DNA of 63,862 nt, counting the filler, from Rhabdomonas costata (taxonomy: Eukaryota), in the NCBI GenBank assembly GCA_019059605.1. It is 44 parts of 44 records of this genome, joined end to end, with 100 filler letters (N's around TTAATTAATTAA, not from the genome) between each part and the next. Parts side by side here need not be neighbours in the genome. Positions count along the whole stretch, not along the records: positions 13,089 to 14,443 come from JAHMHO010018413.1; positions 14,544 to 15,898 come from JAHMHO010018414.1; positions 15,999 to 17,353 come from JAHMHO010018415.1; positions 17,454 to 18,808 come from JAHMHO010018416.1; positions 18,909 to 20,263 come from JAHMHO010018417.1; positions 20,364 to 21,717 come from JAHMHO010018418.1; positions 21,818 to 23,174 come from JAHMHO010018419.1; positions 23,275 to 24,628 come from JAHMHO010018420.1; 36 more parts are not named here. The stretch is one strand, 5' to 3'. The position numbers and the translations under genes were made by a program. A model generated the notes under the pieces. The model was not told where the DNA came from. It searched no databases and worked only from the letters and a program-made list of their open reading frames with translations. Of the stretch, positions 13,089-26,561 are shown one piece after another. Positions within the stretch are counted from its first letter, which is position 1. The number at the start of each line of letters is the position of its first letter.

Positions 13089-13337
13089 GGTTGTGGGTTC
13101 TCCGTCAGTGAGCAGCCGCAGCTCCGCGAAGCCCTTGCCCTGCAGGAAGCCTCGCATGTTCGACGCGGCGTTGAGGCTCATCGGGAGCTTCTGCGCCGGC
13201 CCCGCGGCGTACCCAATGCCCACCAGTAGGGCGCGGCGGCGGCCTGGGTTCTCGCCCAGGGCGACGGGCTCCGTGAGAACCATCGCGTTCCCACTGCTAA
13301 GCTGAGGGATCTGCGGCACCCTCTTCATGGACAGGAT
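13089..13337 (-). CDS. Metacaspase (peptidase C14B) exon
   Basis: CAG acceptor, then ILSMKRVPQIPQLSS...GRRRALLVGIGY....KLPMSLNAASNMRGFLQGKGF...LLTD, matching RKALLIGINY...L.GCINDV.NM..FL...GF...LTD. Confidence 0.85.
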
Positions 13338-14730
13338 CTGTCGCAAAGGGAAGCACATCAAGCCTCGAAACAAAATGTCATTTCTTCTGCAGTGCTTATG
13401 TGCTTAATCTGTGCTGGAATTGATCTTCCGGATGGTTAACACTTCGGTTCAGATGATGTGAAAAGCACTCCATCCAAATCGGTATGTTCGGAGCTGTGAG
13501 GTAATCTTGCATGCGTTGTGGGTGTTTCAGTCGAGCCGAAAACAGAGGGTCTCCCCTGACACACACGGAAGACTCCTATGAGCGCATTACAGTCGTGCGT
13601 TTTTCGACAGGTTTCATATCTGCCTTGATCAGAGGTTGCTCACTGAAATACACGAGGAAAAACTGGTTCAAAAAGGCGACCGTGCCGCAGTCTGCGATTA
13701 AATCGCGTTGCAACGACTTCGGGATGATACATTTTCGAGATTTCATGTGATCTGAGGTGATGTTAGGGGTGCAATGAGCGGGTGGATGTTAGGGGCTCAC
13801 TGCAAGATGTTCAGGTTTAAGAGCGTGGCCTCAGGTTTACTATCACAATCGATGAGAGAGAGAAGGCCACAACATACCTGGCTCATACGGCTCAGCAGAA
13901 GGTTCCACGTGACGGTTTTTGCGGCGACAAAGGTGGACAGCAGGGCCGCCGTGATGGCACCGCCAGCCATCGCTGAGAAGCAAAAGGGAGAGGCGAAAGT
14001 CAATGCGAATGACTTGTCCCATCATATGAGACACGCTCAGCTTTGCCATTGCCCGTTCATTGTCAAACTCCAGGCGATAATCCATTTCCTTTAAAAAAAA
14101 CTCACGACACAGAAGGGGTATCGGAGGGTATCGGAGGAAACTGGAGAATGGCAATTAGATAGAAACACAGAGGCCAAGCAAACAAAACAAATACCGGGTG
14201 TCCCATTTAAAATGAGGCAATTTATTTTTGGAATAACTTACGTAAAATACACTATTTTGTGGCCGGTGTGGGGTGGTGCGGCAGCACGTCGTGGGAGAAT
14301 ATTTCTGGTCACGGACCTGGGGTTCACGCGTTTGCGTGATAGAATGGAGAGAGTTTTAGCAGAAAGTGGTTGCTGCAGAAATAGACAGGAACCTATGTTT
14401 TAGACGAGGTCACTGGCAACACAGGACCCCCTCAACGTGTCCGNNNNNNNNNNNNNNNNNNNNNNNNNNNNNNNNNNNNNNNNNNNNTTAATTAATTAAN
14501 NNNNNNNNNNNNNNNNNNNNNNNNNNNNNNNNNNNNNNNNNNNTGTGTGGTGGGTAAAATCTTTGGCGATACCGGTCCATCACCGAGTGGGTGGGTTGAA
14601 GTTTACTTGGGTGACTGCCGCCGGAAGATTCTTGTACAAAGGATATCAAGTGATTTTCTTGCTCTATTGCATTTCAGAGAGGTTTGCAGCGCCTCTAACA
14701 GCAGTTCACTCAGACAATTTTTGCTTCAGG

Positions 14731-15679
14731 ATTGCCTCCGCGCAATGGAAGTTGCTCGGGCGGCTTGTCCCCCTTGCGTCTGCGTGTTTGCGCGGAGCTG
14801 TGTCCATTTGGCAGAGCTCTTGGCCCAGCTGAACCAACTCGAACTTGCGCGTCATGTGCTTGAAAATGTAGCTTTTCATTTTTCTCGCCATTTCAACGGT
14901 AATGTCCACCGTTTGTCGGGAAAGGGGCAAGGTGAGAAGTGTGGGCACCTTTTCTCCCTACGGTCGACAGGTATTCGCAGAGGTTTTGGCACTGGTTTGA
15001 AAGGAGCCGCACAACTTTGACATTGTGGCATTGTGGTGTTTTCAGAGAACTTGGGCTCTGGTTGGGTAGTGTTGGCAGAACAGTGGCAGGGTTTGGAAAA
15101 CAGTGAAAGACACGGCGTGTGTGTTCATTGGTATGGAGAGGGAGATGGCGGCCCATAATTCGAACAACTGGAATTTGAGTCTTCACACTTTCTGTTCATG
15201 TGTTGCACTCCTTCAGGGGCACCGGCTTTGCCCTGCTCGCGAAGAGCTGACTTCTGCCCTGGCTGACCTTCGCTCCAAGGCCCCACCAATTGTTCTGACG
15301 AGTGTCCTGCTAGGATTAAAACCGAGCACCTGTGGACTCTCCGAGGTGAAGGCCGCGTACAAAAGGGCCCTCCTCTTGTGGCATCCTGGTTTGCTCATGT
15401 TGGCTTCTTGGAGGAAATGAGGCACTTGTTGAATCGGTTTTGCTGCTTCCCCCCGCACAGAGCTGCACATTATCCGCTTTTTCTTGTGCCTGAACTCACT
15501 GGGCACGCATGTTTGTTTTTGCTGTAGATAAGGTATCGGCCCCTTTGCGGCCTGCCGCCGTTCGGATTTTTCAGAAGCTCACTGAGGAGTTCAAGTGCAC
15601 CTACCCTGTGCAGGAAAGTGCTTGCTTTGAAAGATTCGAATCTGATGTGCCCTACTGTAGCGTAGCGGAGGGAACGTAG
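14731..15679 (+). CDS. Protein with C-terminal J-domain (clear exons 15217-15388 and 15528-15679; upstream exons tentative)
   Basis: LLGL...SEVKAAYKRALLLWHP G|AT AAG restores HPDK across a GT-AG intron, then AAVRIFQKLTEEF, ending in TAG at 15677-15679. Confidence 0.85.
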
Positions 15680-18140
15680 CGGTAGCTCTGTTTTCTTCAT
15701 TACTCACGACGATAGGAGCGGGGATTAGAACGAGCGCAGCAAATGGAGGCGTAGCCAACACGTCCTAACTCGTATCCAAGGCAGTCTCCAAACTCATGTC
15801 CAGGGTATATCTTACCTCATGTCCAGGCTGTGTCCAAACTCGAGTCCGAAATGCCGAATACCAAACCCTATCAAAGTGAGAATTCCAAACCCAACCACNN
15901 NNNNNNNNNNNNNNNNNNNNNNNNNNNNNNNNNNNNNNNNNNTTAATTAATTAANNNNNNNNNNNNNNNNNNNNNNNNNNNNNNNNNNNNNNNNNNNNGT
16001 GTGGGTTGGGCTTGTTCGGGACCTGCACCGCGTGATCATAGTTGATGTTAGCATCACCCGTATGGGTCGCTTCGGTTGGTAACTGTGGAAGTCAATTTGG
16101 AATCAAACCGACCCGATCCGCCTCCCACATGTCCTTCCATTTCCGCAGCAACCTCTAAGGCTCCTGGCCTTCCCCTGAGAAAAATCAAAATGATTGCGGT
16201 GCGTGTCGACCCCGCGACCTTTGCTGGGTTCCTATGTGAGGAAGGACAGCGTCTCAGGGGTAAAGATGTGATGGAGATGCAGTTCCTCCTGAAAATTTTC
16301 AGAGTTTAGGCTAAATTGAACTCGGGCCCAGCGAGATGCATCGCCAGAAAGAAGAGCGGTTTCCTGTCGCTGGCCTTCCCTCCTTCCTGCAACTTCCCAT
16401 CGGTTGAGTGCGTAGATAGGTCTCTTGCTTTTTAATGACGCTCAATGGTACGATAAATTTTCTTTATTCTCACTTTCGCAGGCTTTTGTCGCTTTGTTTC
16501 TCATTATAATGTCTGTTGGCATGTGATTTTTGTCTAATAGCGTGCACCAGGTACTTTTCTGTTTTTGTGTTCTTTCATGTTCTGTGTACGTGACACGTGA
16601 AGTACGTGATAGAAAGTTTCAGTGTGCCTTCCTTTCCTTTTCTCGCCATATCCCTGCTGGATCTGGGTGCGGGACATACACCCAGTGCCAGATCCGACTT
16701 TGCATGTGTTTAAAATGCGGAGTTCGTGTTTGTTTTGGTGGGTTCACCCTCACCACGCTCTCCCTTCTTCGTGAAATAGGTAAGCACAGCGGAACACAGG
16801 CCCGCTCATTGCCGTACTTGCTCCCAGCAGGGGAACTGACTTAAGTAACGCATCTTTGCATAGTAAACCTCAAGACCCGAATCCACGCCATCCCACCCTC
16901 CAGCGCATTATTTATTTTATTTTATTGCCAGCGCCACCCTAAAGTTAGAGTTTTTGAGCTGTAATTTAAACGAGACGTTTTTACCTCACAAGAGACATTT
17001 CCTAGGAACAGAGTGCTGTGGAATTTCTGTTGAATACTGCATTTGAGCAGCTTGGTTGGTGGGAATAGGTATCTTCTCAAACGGAGCACTGAAAAGGCTT
17101 CATCGTGACTTGGTTTTTTCTCATGGCACGCGACTTGATGGGGTGTTTTAGGCTTTTCGGACATTAAATCGACCTTACCGAAGTGCCATTGCATCTCGTC
17201 TTTGGGATTCCTTGGTCATTTTTTTTGCCGAATTAGGCTCAGCTGTAACTCACTTTTGATGTGACCCGCGCCATATACCTCCCTCTTCATCATCCTGTCT
17301 CTCTGTCAGGTTCCCAGTATTCCTTCGCCGCTTCCATCTGTTCCCCCACCACCNNNNNNNNNNNNNNNNNNNNNNNNNNNNNNNNNNNNNNNNNNNNTTA
17401 ATTAATTAANNNNNNNNNNNNNNNNNNNNNNNNNNNNNNNNNNNNNNNNNNNNGTTTTATGGTCACTCCCGGACCGGAGCGGACCGGAGACCTAACATTG
17501 ACCTCAGAACTCGAAACGCTGAACTCCAGCTAGAGTGACTGGTTGGGGCTATTTGGTGGTGTGGTAGTACTCCTGAGATCAGTTGGCCGCTTCCCGGCCT
17601 CGACTCCTTCTCTACGCCGAGATGTGGCCCCTTCAAGGTCCCATTTTGGCCCTTTTGAGGACATTTGTCGACAGAAATTTTTCAAGGGCCCGGGGTGCAC
17701 TTTTCGGTCCTTTGCAGGCCTGCATATTGAGCATACCTAAGGGTAGAGCCCAGGTGTGTTCAAGCTGGAGTGAGCCCGGATTCTTGTGTTTTCAGCCACG
17801 CTAGAGGCCATTTAAGGGCGGTTTTGGGGTGTTTGGGGGCCCTTTTTGCCTTTACACAGGCTTGGAAGGACCTTTTTTTTGCTCTTGCTTTACATCGGGC
17901 TTGGGTTTTGATAAGAGAATGAACTGCAGGCTGGCGCACCGTCCGCCCACCTGCACGCCGGTGTGCCAGCAACGGTTTTTTATGAGTGTCACCACATCTC
18001 GTCCTTGAGGTTTTGTGTTAGTTTTTGCAGAATTATCGTTTCAGCTGTAACTGTCACTGTTGACATGACCCACAACATATTCTGGGAAACCAGGGAAACC
18101 GGAAAAGTGGAAGAAGGGATGAAGAGGGATGGTGTTGCAG

Positions 18141-18286
18141 GACCCCAAGGTCGTGGTGGATGTCGGCGCCAACGTGGGGGTTTTCTCTGTGGAGGTTCTG
18201 CTGGCCTTCCAGCCGCCCTGCCAGAGCTGGAGAGGGGCGCTGCAGTGGACCGAGCACGCCACCTCGCAGTGGCGGAAGCAGAAGTG
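18141..18286 (+). CDS. FkbM-family SAM-dependent methyltransferase exon (3' boundary uncertain)
   Basis: CAG acceptor followed by DPKVVVDVGANVGVFS, the FkbM motif I. Confidence 0.7.
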
Positions 18287-20454
18287 GTACGTTCGGGTGG
18301 GGGTGGGAATCGGGCTTATTGTTATTGTTGGCATCAGTGGAAATGCGGGAACCGCTGGAACTGAAAGTGGATATGGTGGAGAGGCACAGTTTAGAGGCTT
18401 GGGGTGTTAGTAGTCCCCGCCTTGGTTGGGATTAGTGGTAACACAGCAACCCCTAAAATCGAAAATGGGACCATCTTTGGTTCATATGCACAGATTTTTC
18501 CAGCACGAATATAGTTCCTCGCGCAGTGAGTTAAGTGGGTGGGAATTTTCCAAAACTAACCCCTCCCTGCAAATCTAATAGAATCCCAGGGAGACACAAG
18601 CGTCGCCACCCTCCCCCTCCCTCAGATTTTAAGCGGAAAGCCCCAAGGGGGGGGTCCTGCAAAGTGTCGTAGCGGCAAAAGAAAACTATTATCTTCGTTT
18701 GATTGGTTGTGTTACTTAAGGCAGATCTCCTCGGAAGCACAGAACTTCCCGATTTTCCCAGCCTAACCCCAACCTAAAAAAAACACCTGTTGAAAGTCAC
18801 CACAACACNNNNNNNNNNNNNNNNNNNNNNNNNNNNNNNNNNNNNNNNNNNNTTAATTAATTAANNNNNNNNNNNNNNNNNNNNNNNNNNNNNNNNNNNN
18901 NNNNNNNNGGGGGTGTGGTGAGCCTACGGGCAGAAAACAGGAGCCCTTTAGGCCGCCAACGGAATCCGGAGGATTACTTCATGAAATGGCCTATGCACCT
19001 TGCAACGGTTTGATTAGTGAGTTAGGATCTTGCCGGTGATGAAATGCCTGAAAAACAAACAAACCGAAACAACGGCCCAAAGGTATACGTGATTTTTTTT
19101 CGCAGTGTTTTCGCGGGTGAAAATCGGTCAACACTGATGTCATATTATCGTTGGTGGGCAACTCTGGGGCACATGAGCCTTAAAGACGGCTGGTGAGCCA
19201 GCAGGAGTGTCCACTTGATATTATATTAAGGTAGAATCAGGTTGACTTCCTTGCTTCCCCGAAGGGTAGGCGATGGGATTGGGGTTGGAAATACTCAATT
19301 GCTCGCGAGGGCACGCAATTCTTGACCAAGCGCACACCTTCCCGGCGTGCAGAAGAAAGCAGACCTCTTTCGAGGAGAGCTCGGGCCATTGAAAAGCACC
19401 GGAGTGAGCGGAGCCGGTTGGGCCGCTGAGGATGTCGTTTCCCCGATCGTCGCCGGGCCACCGAAGTGGACATGAGCCTTCTCACGTGGGATACGGAGGG
19501 GAGTGGGGCGTTTTCTGGGGGCACATTCCAAAACTCCAGACGGCTGGCTCGCAGAGGACCGGGTGAGCCCCAGGGAGGAGCTCGAACCTATCTCGGTAGC
19601 AGTCAGGCGGAGGTGGGGACCCCTTTTGCACGAGCTTTGCGGAGAGAGTGTGCTCTGGCTGGCCACGGTGCAAGCCGAGCCGCACTCCGCAAGGGTGTCC
19701 TGCAGATGCACACCAGGAAAGTACAAACCGACTCCAACCTTCTGAGTGGACGAGCAACGCCAGAGGCTCCGACGTGTGCAAGGAATGGACGGAGGGGTCT
19801 ATGCGAGCACACCGACAGAGAAGCCTCAGAAGGCTAGTGCAACGGCCAGAGCCGCAGCACGCGTGCGATTTGAGAACTGAAAAAGAGGGTTTGAGGTCGC
19901 CAGCGCCCCCAGGCACCAAAACTGTTGGCAAAAATTGCATCCAACAAATATTCGTGCGTACATGCACCTGTACAAACCAAAAGAGTCTGTTGCGTTATTT
20001 TTAACTTAAGTAATCGAAGGATGAGAGCAAAGATACCGACAGAGAAATTTCAGAGAGATTACAGCGATTACTAGAGCCCCTCCGCAAGAAAAATGCGTGA
20101 ACATCGCCGACATCACCACCACCGCTGGACAAACAGAAGCGCCATGCCAAAAGAAGCTCTCTGCGGACGTAGCGGTTCCCCACTGGGCCCACCGGGACTT
20201 TGGAGCGTTTGCGTATGACACTCAGGATCTCTCTTTCCCTGTAAGCCTGTCTAACAACAACCCNNNNNNNNNNNNNNNNNNNNNNNNNNNNNNNNNNNNN
20301 NNNNNNNTTAATTAATTAANNNNNNNNNNNNNNNNNNNNNNNNNNNNNNNNNNNNNNNNNNNNGTGGCAATATAAAACGGAAAGTCCCCATCCGAAGGGG
20401 CGAAGGTCAAAGAAATACCCTTAATGGTGTTGTTCAAAACTATGAGGGACACAC

Positions 20455-21631
20455 CTCAAAACCCATCCCAGTGTCCACGCAGGGCGCGGGGAGAGGGGTC
20501 AGCTTGCCGTCTTTCACCTCGCGGTTGAACTGCATGAACACCAGGTTCCAGATCTCGATCAGGGTGGGGTCGTCGTTGTTCACCAGTTTGGTGCCGTCCC
20601 GCCCCCCGAGCCGGTCGTAATGGATCTCGCTGCAAGGGCCGCAGGGCCCGGTATCCCCCATCTCCCAGAAGTTCTCCTGAAATTGCCCAAGCAAGAAGTG
20701 AAGCGATGTAGGCCCTTAAAAACACGTCGCAAGTCCCACTTATTTGTTGCTGCAGTTTTCTCGGTTAAGTATTTCCTTTCATTCACAAACAGGAGTTGAA
20801 TAACGTGAGAAGAGGGTCGAAAACTCTTAATTTTCTGGGTAACTGGCATCTCCCGTTCCCGTTTTCCGTTCTGTTTTTCTATCACTTGGAGACATATAGC
20901 AAAAAGCACCCAGAAGTCTTATTTTATATTTTCTATTTCAAAAAAATGATGAAATGATAAAATGCAGCCACCTTCATTCCAAACGGCAGAATTCTCTCAG
21001 GAGCAACCCATTTGCCCCAGAGCCGCTTTGCGTCCTCGTCCGCTGGAAGTCCCTGGGCAGGACAGCCTGGGCACAACCACAACGAAGTCAACCCACTTCA
21101 GTGATTTCAAGAGAAGGAAGAATACAAAGGCGGGTCAGCACACCTCCGAAATAGGTGACGTAAAGCCGGTCCTTTTCAAGACCGTACACGTTGGTCAGCA
21201 GGTCCCATGCCCAATCAATGGCCTCTTGCTTGAAATAGTCACCAAAAGACCAGTTACCCAGCATCTGGTCGGTGGAAATCAAGCACAAACAAAAACAAGA
21301 ACGCCAATATCGAATCTTTCTTGTGTGGAAAGGAGCTCAAAGAAAACCTCAAAGAACGTATGGTGGTAAGTGTCTCTTCCCACGTCATCCAAGTCATTGT
21401 GCTTGCCACCGGCTCGGATGCACTTCTGAGTGTTCGCCGCCCTCTTGGCCGCTCGAATCGCACCCAACGGGCTGTCCGCAGAGCAGGTACCCGTAAAAAT
21501 GGACTTGAACTGGGCCATACCCGAGTTTGTGAAAAGCAAAGTCGGGTCATCCAGTGGTATGACAGGGGAAGACGGGACGTACTGGTGCTTCTGCTTGACA
21601 AAATAGTCAATGAAGGTCTGCCGTGTCCTCG
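20455..21631 (-). CDS. AARS: Alanyl-tRNA synthetase, 4 exons (21631-21348, 21264-21144, 21066-20972, 20676-20455)
   Basis: RQTFIDYF...[15 protein letters not shown]...[40 protein letters not shown]...YVTYFG|...[31 protein letters not shown]...[12 protein letters not shown]...VDTGMG. Three in-phase GT-AG introns of 83, 77 and 295 nt. Confidence 0.98.
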
Positions 21632-22579
21632 CTAAAAAAAACACCAACAACGCGCACTTGATTTGAGAAAGAGGGAAAGAGCCGCGGGGAAAAATAGGAA
21701 GAACAAACGTTCAAATANNNNNNNNNNNNNNNNNNNNNNNNNNNNNNNNNNNNNNNNNNNNTTAATTAATTAANNNNNNNNNNNNNNNNNNNNNNNNNNN
21801 NNNNNNNNNNNNNNNNNGTGGGGTGTGTTGTGTGCGCTGACTCAAATGGGTGTGGGTGAGCGGACAGGGAGGAACGCGGAAAGATTAACAGCTATCAAAC
21901 GTTTTGGAACAAGAAGGCTAACAAAATGTCACCTGGGTGAATGCGGCAGTGGAGAACTTTGGGGAAACGTGTGCTTACAGATTTCCTTCTCCAGGCACTG
22001 CAGTGTCCAGCCCTTGACGTTAAAGTGGGTGGGGAGTTGCAGAAGAAACATTTGTGTTTGTACCGTCTGTAGCCGTCAACTTCCGGACCATAGCGACATT
22101 CTGAATATGATAATAGCGTGGCGTAAATTTTCGCTTCACAAACTTTTGCGAGTCTTGCTTAAAGGTCTTTTTATGGGCGGGGACTGGCGTGAATTCAGAC
22201 GGACCTGGACACGCTGCTGGTTCACTTGCGCACCCTGCCCCTGGAACCCGCGCTTCCGATGGCGCAAAGCCTCATCCCCAACGCTGCTGAGGTGTTCATT
22301 CTGCATTCCTTTTGCGGTGGTTGTACCCGTGAAGAGGGCTGCATTCCACTGACGTGAAACATTGGGCCCCTCCATCCCCTCTCTCATATTCCTCGCGGTT
22401 AGGCAACCGTCCTGTAGACTGTTGAGCTTCGTGGTGTTCTGCAGTTGGGGCAGGGGGAACAACTCTCCGTAATCACAGCTCGGTCCGATAATCAGATTAT
22501 ATGACGTCGTCCCTTTGGTCTCAGAAGCCGAGGCTTTGCGCGTGCCAGCGCTTCTGTTTTCACTCTCTTTGGGTTGCAG

Positions 22580-22684
22580 CTGCTGCAAAGGCTGACCCCC
22601 TACTTTCAGCACGTCTTCAGCCCCGTGCCAGACCCTCCCACCGGTAGTATCACGCTGGATCAGTACCGCGTCAGGCTGCTCAAG
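22580..22684 (+). CDS. Putative internal exon, unknown protein
   Basis: CAG|CTG...AAG|GTG flanks a GC3-rich frame, LLQRLTPYFQHVFSPVPDPPTGSITLDQYRVRLLK. Confidence 0.45.
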
Positions 22685-23108
22685 GTGTACCCTAATCGCA
22701 CATGCACTAGGGCCCTAGGATACATTGATTGGATTGGAAACTCTCCTCCAGTTGCCTCTCCCCTGGCCCCCGCCCCACCAGGTCTTCCTCCTGTTTGAAT
22801 TACCCTCTCACACATGCACAGCACCCTCTCACACATACCCACACTGTTCTAGTCGTTTCCGCTGGGGGAAAGACCACGGATCATAACAAAAAGGACAAAC
22901 TTTGTCAGGTTCACACCCTGCAAGGAATGCAGGCGCGGTTTCAGTCATGACTAGAACATTCATAAGTGAAAGAGAGAGCATGAGAGCCACCACACCCTAG
23001 GAAAACTCCCAAGGATAGGCAAAGATACAGGCTGGAATCAGAACAAACACATCGTCGAGACTGGCCGATTTAACGAGAACGCTGAACATGACTCGAGGAA
23101 GCAACTAT

Positions 23109-23163
23109 ACACACGCACACGCACACGCACACGCACACGCACACGCACACGCACACGCACACG
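23109..23163 (+). repeat. (ACACGC)n microsatellite, about 9 units
   Basis: Read directly at the contig end. Confidence 0.95.
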
Positions 23164-23541
23164 AACACCCACACNNNNNNNNNNNNNNNNNNNNNNNNNN
23201 NNNNNNNNNNNNNNNNNNTTAATTAATTAANNNNNNNNNNNNNNNNNNNNNNNNNNNNNNNNNNNNNNNNNNNNACCCCTTTTGTTTTTTGCACCCCAGC
23301 ACTGGGGGATAGACCCTCGTTGTGATGTATGACGTCAGAAGGTGGTTCCCATCAAACCCTGCCGCTTTTGCTTGCTTTTAGTTCTGCTGTTGTGCTGCTG
23401 CATTGCTGTACTCGGGCTGGAGTCGCAGACGCCAATGTCGAGGGGTGATGCCGGTGAATCCGTGGCATGTTAAAGTTGTATTGTATTGGTTTTTTGTTCA
23501 TTTGTTTGTCGCTTGCATTCGCCTCTCTACACTGCCTTCAG

Positions 23542-23703
23542 TTTGATGATGATGACGAAGAAATGCCTGGGATGCAGTTTCCTAAAGCGGACGTTCACCA
23601 GCCTATTGTGATTGAGGATGACGGTGACGCCAATCCATTTCAGGCAACCTTCGCGGAAAACGCGGACGTAGACGAGTTTATATCCCAACATCTCTCACTG
23701 TGA
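23542..23703 (+). CDS. Putative acidic terminal exon
   Basis: Pyrimidine tract plus CAG, then FDDDDEEMPGMQFPK...DEFISQHLSL and TGA. Confidence 0.5.
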   Translation, partial: FDDDDEEMPGMQFPKADVHQPIVIEDDGDANPFQATFAENADVDEFISQHLSL

Positions 23704-26527
23704 CAGCACCAATGTGGCGAATCACAGTGAGAGATGTTGTATTTTTCTTCCTGTGAGGGGGGGGGGTGTCGCTTTTCCAGAACTGCTTTCGCTTTTAACA
23801 CAGAATGACGGGTCGTTTTTCCCCATTTTACTTTCTGTCTCATAGAGTTAGTCTCAGAGAGTTTAAAAGAGGTTTTGTTGATTTCCTTTCGGTGATGTGT
23901 GGCAGACCGACCAGTAGGGATGTACGTTCTGCTTCTTCTTGCTATTCCATCACCCATTTAAAAAGTGAAATGTCCACAGCGGCGGGAAGAGCCAAGCCGA
24001 AGTAGGAATGGGGTCTTTTGTATACAGCAGGCTTTCCGAAACGAACATACTATATATACTAACGAACTACTACTAGCATCGTCGACTCGTTTCGCTGATT
24101 CCTCTCTTGGTTTCTGTGAGTGATATTTGCTTCTGACCTTTGTTTCACCTAATTTCTTTTCCTTTATTCTTCAGAACCGGTAGAGTCTGGCGCTGAAGAG
24201 TCAGTGTTCACGACGGCTTTCGAACAGGGCGTGCAGTACACGGAAGGCTCGTGGGAACCTTTTGAGTTCGGAGAGGTTTCGAGTGGTGACATTGTTGTTG
24301 ATCCCTGGCCTGAGGGTGAAGGTGACTCCGGTGAGCCTCACGGTGGACCATAGACTTGCCAGTCGTGGTGGTCTGTTGAGCACTATTTGTCGTTCTGTCA
24401 TGAGAAATTAGTATTCGAAATTGTTCTAAGAAGAAGAAAAAGAAGAAGAACGCAAAGAACGGCATCAGGAAGGGACAGAACGAAAACGCAAAAAAGAACT
24501 ACAACCCAAAGAAGAAGTTCTTATTCTTCCTTAACTTTCAACTTGGCAGGATTACACGTCGCACACCGTATGTATATAGGGGGAAACTAATTTCCTTGTG
24601 CTGCGCCTCATGCACTGAGTAGCACACGNNNNNNNNNNNNNNNNNNNNNNNNNNNNNNNNNNNNNNNNNNNNTTAATTAATTAANNNNNNNNNNNNNNNN
24701 NNNNNNNNNNNNNNNNNNNNNNNNNNNNGTTGTTGTGGGCAAACGCCTGTGCGTTTGTTCTTCCGTGTGATTTCAAATACCATTTTAGTAGTATTGGGCT
24801 GCACATTTCTCCACCGATATCAATATTGTGTGGATTGGAGAAAGTGCAAAGTTAATTCCGTTAGGCGTGAGGTTGCCTAGGAGACTCACACCTTACACGC
24901 GTCTGACGTATTCCCAATGGCTTGAAGGCAATTAAGCCACACGAACCGTTGCTGCATGACAATGAACCAGCGGAGTAGAAGCCCACAAGAGTAGATTTGT
25001 CGCCTACGACATCCAAAGCATGTAGAAAGACAGTCAAATGGAAGGAAACCCATGCAAACTCGACAATGCAGATGCAACCCTCGCTGATTCGGCGAAGTCA
25101 TCACTACCACCCGAGCTTTTTGCCATTTCAGAGAAAGCCGAGGAACCTCTCCAATTAAGATTGCCAGCAGATCTCTCGCCTAGCAGATCCGAAGCTAAGA
25201 TAAAAGAGAAGACAAAATTTCCACACGCCGTTTCGTTTCAACTTGACCTTAAAAACCTTGACCTAAAAATCTGTTGTCCTCCGCGCCGCAAGCACGCCGT
25301 GACTAAGTAGTTCACTGAACTAAACCATGAGTTCGGGCATATCTTCCCAAACAAGCTGCCACAGGTATGCACACATCCAGGCCTACCGATCACAAAATAG
25401 ATCTTGTAAATGACGCAAAAGTTCCATCTTAATTACTCTACCTCCAAAAGCCAACTCACATCTACTTTGATGATCATTTATGTGCGATCATCTATATGCA
25501 ACCCGCAGGAGACTGTCTCAACGAATACCGTAACTACCCACAGTTCAGAGCCAAATACATTCATTCCTACACCCATGTACCTGTTAACGTACCACATTAC
25601 TTCTGGATTTTGTATCACCGACATTTGTGGCGATTGCTACGCGCTTCTAAAACCGCGCAATTGAGGAGTTGTGCCTCTGATTTGTTAATTTGTCATCTTT
25701 TAGCTAAAGCATGGCCGTGACCGTGTCCGTGGCCGTGCAGTTTCTGGTCATCTGTGCCGTGATGTGTATGGCGAAGGTCGTCCCTTATTTGAGAAAGCGC
25801 ATCCATAACGGTGTGTGTAGATACCACAAGACTGTGAATGCTCTAACTACCTAATGCAAATTCACATGACCTCCAAAACCAAACTCAGCGGACGCAAATG
25901 GCCAGGTAATTTACCTACAAACTCAAACAGACTTCCAAAACTGCAGGTGAGGCCGCTGTTGCAAGTTGGCCGGATATGGCATGGAAAAGACACATTTCAG
26001 AAACAAAATTATCAGCAATGCCCCACCAAAATTGGAAAAGGCGCAAATATTGAAGACAGTCACGTTGCAGTAACCACCAACCNNNNNNNNNNNNNNNNNN
26101 NNNNNNNNNNNNNNNNNNNNNNNNNNTTAATTAATTAANNNNNNNNNNNNNNNNNNNNNNNNNNNNNNNNNNNNNNNNNNNNGTTGGTGTCTCAGGGTAA
26201 GTTGAACTCCACACTCCCGTAATGACCAGTTTTTGCTGGTCCAGGATGTCTTGGGCCGCGGAGCGCAATGGAGGTAAAAAAAACTGGGTGGGCGAGTGTC
26301 ACTGCCGTGGCAAATTTCTTTTTGTCAAAATTTATTAGGGAATTCCAATTTCCATCCTTCCGTCTTTCCAAAGGCGATAATAACACAAAAGATCGATGAA
26401 AACTCCACAGCGGTCTCGATTTCCGTTCGCAAATGGCAGACTCAGGAAAAAACAAAAAATAGGCGAGGACTATGGAAAGGGACCGTGTTGGGTGGTAGGA
26501 CTCGAAGAAGACACGAACACAAGGAGC

Positions 26528-26561
26528 AAACAAACCAACCAACCAACCAACCAAACCAACC
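26528..26561 (+). repeat. (AACC)n microsatellite, imperfect
   Basis: AAACAAACCAACCAACCAACCAACCAAACCAACC read directly. Confidence 0.9.

Noticed and set aside
24050-24090. ACTAACG... resembling a euglenozoan spliced leader
   Set aside because: Only about 7 nt match, and there is no conserved SL 3' end or GT donor at the expected distance.
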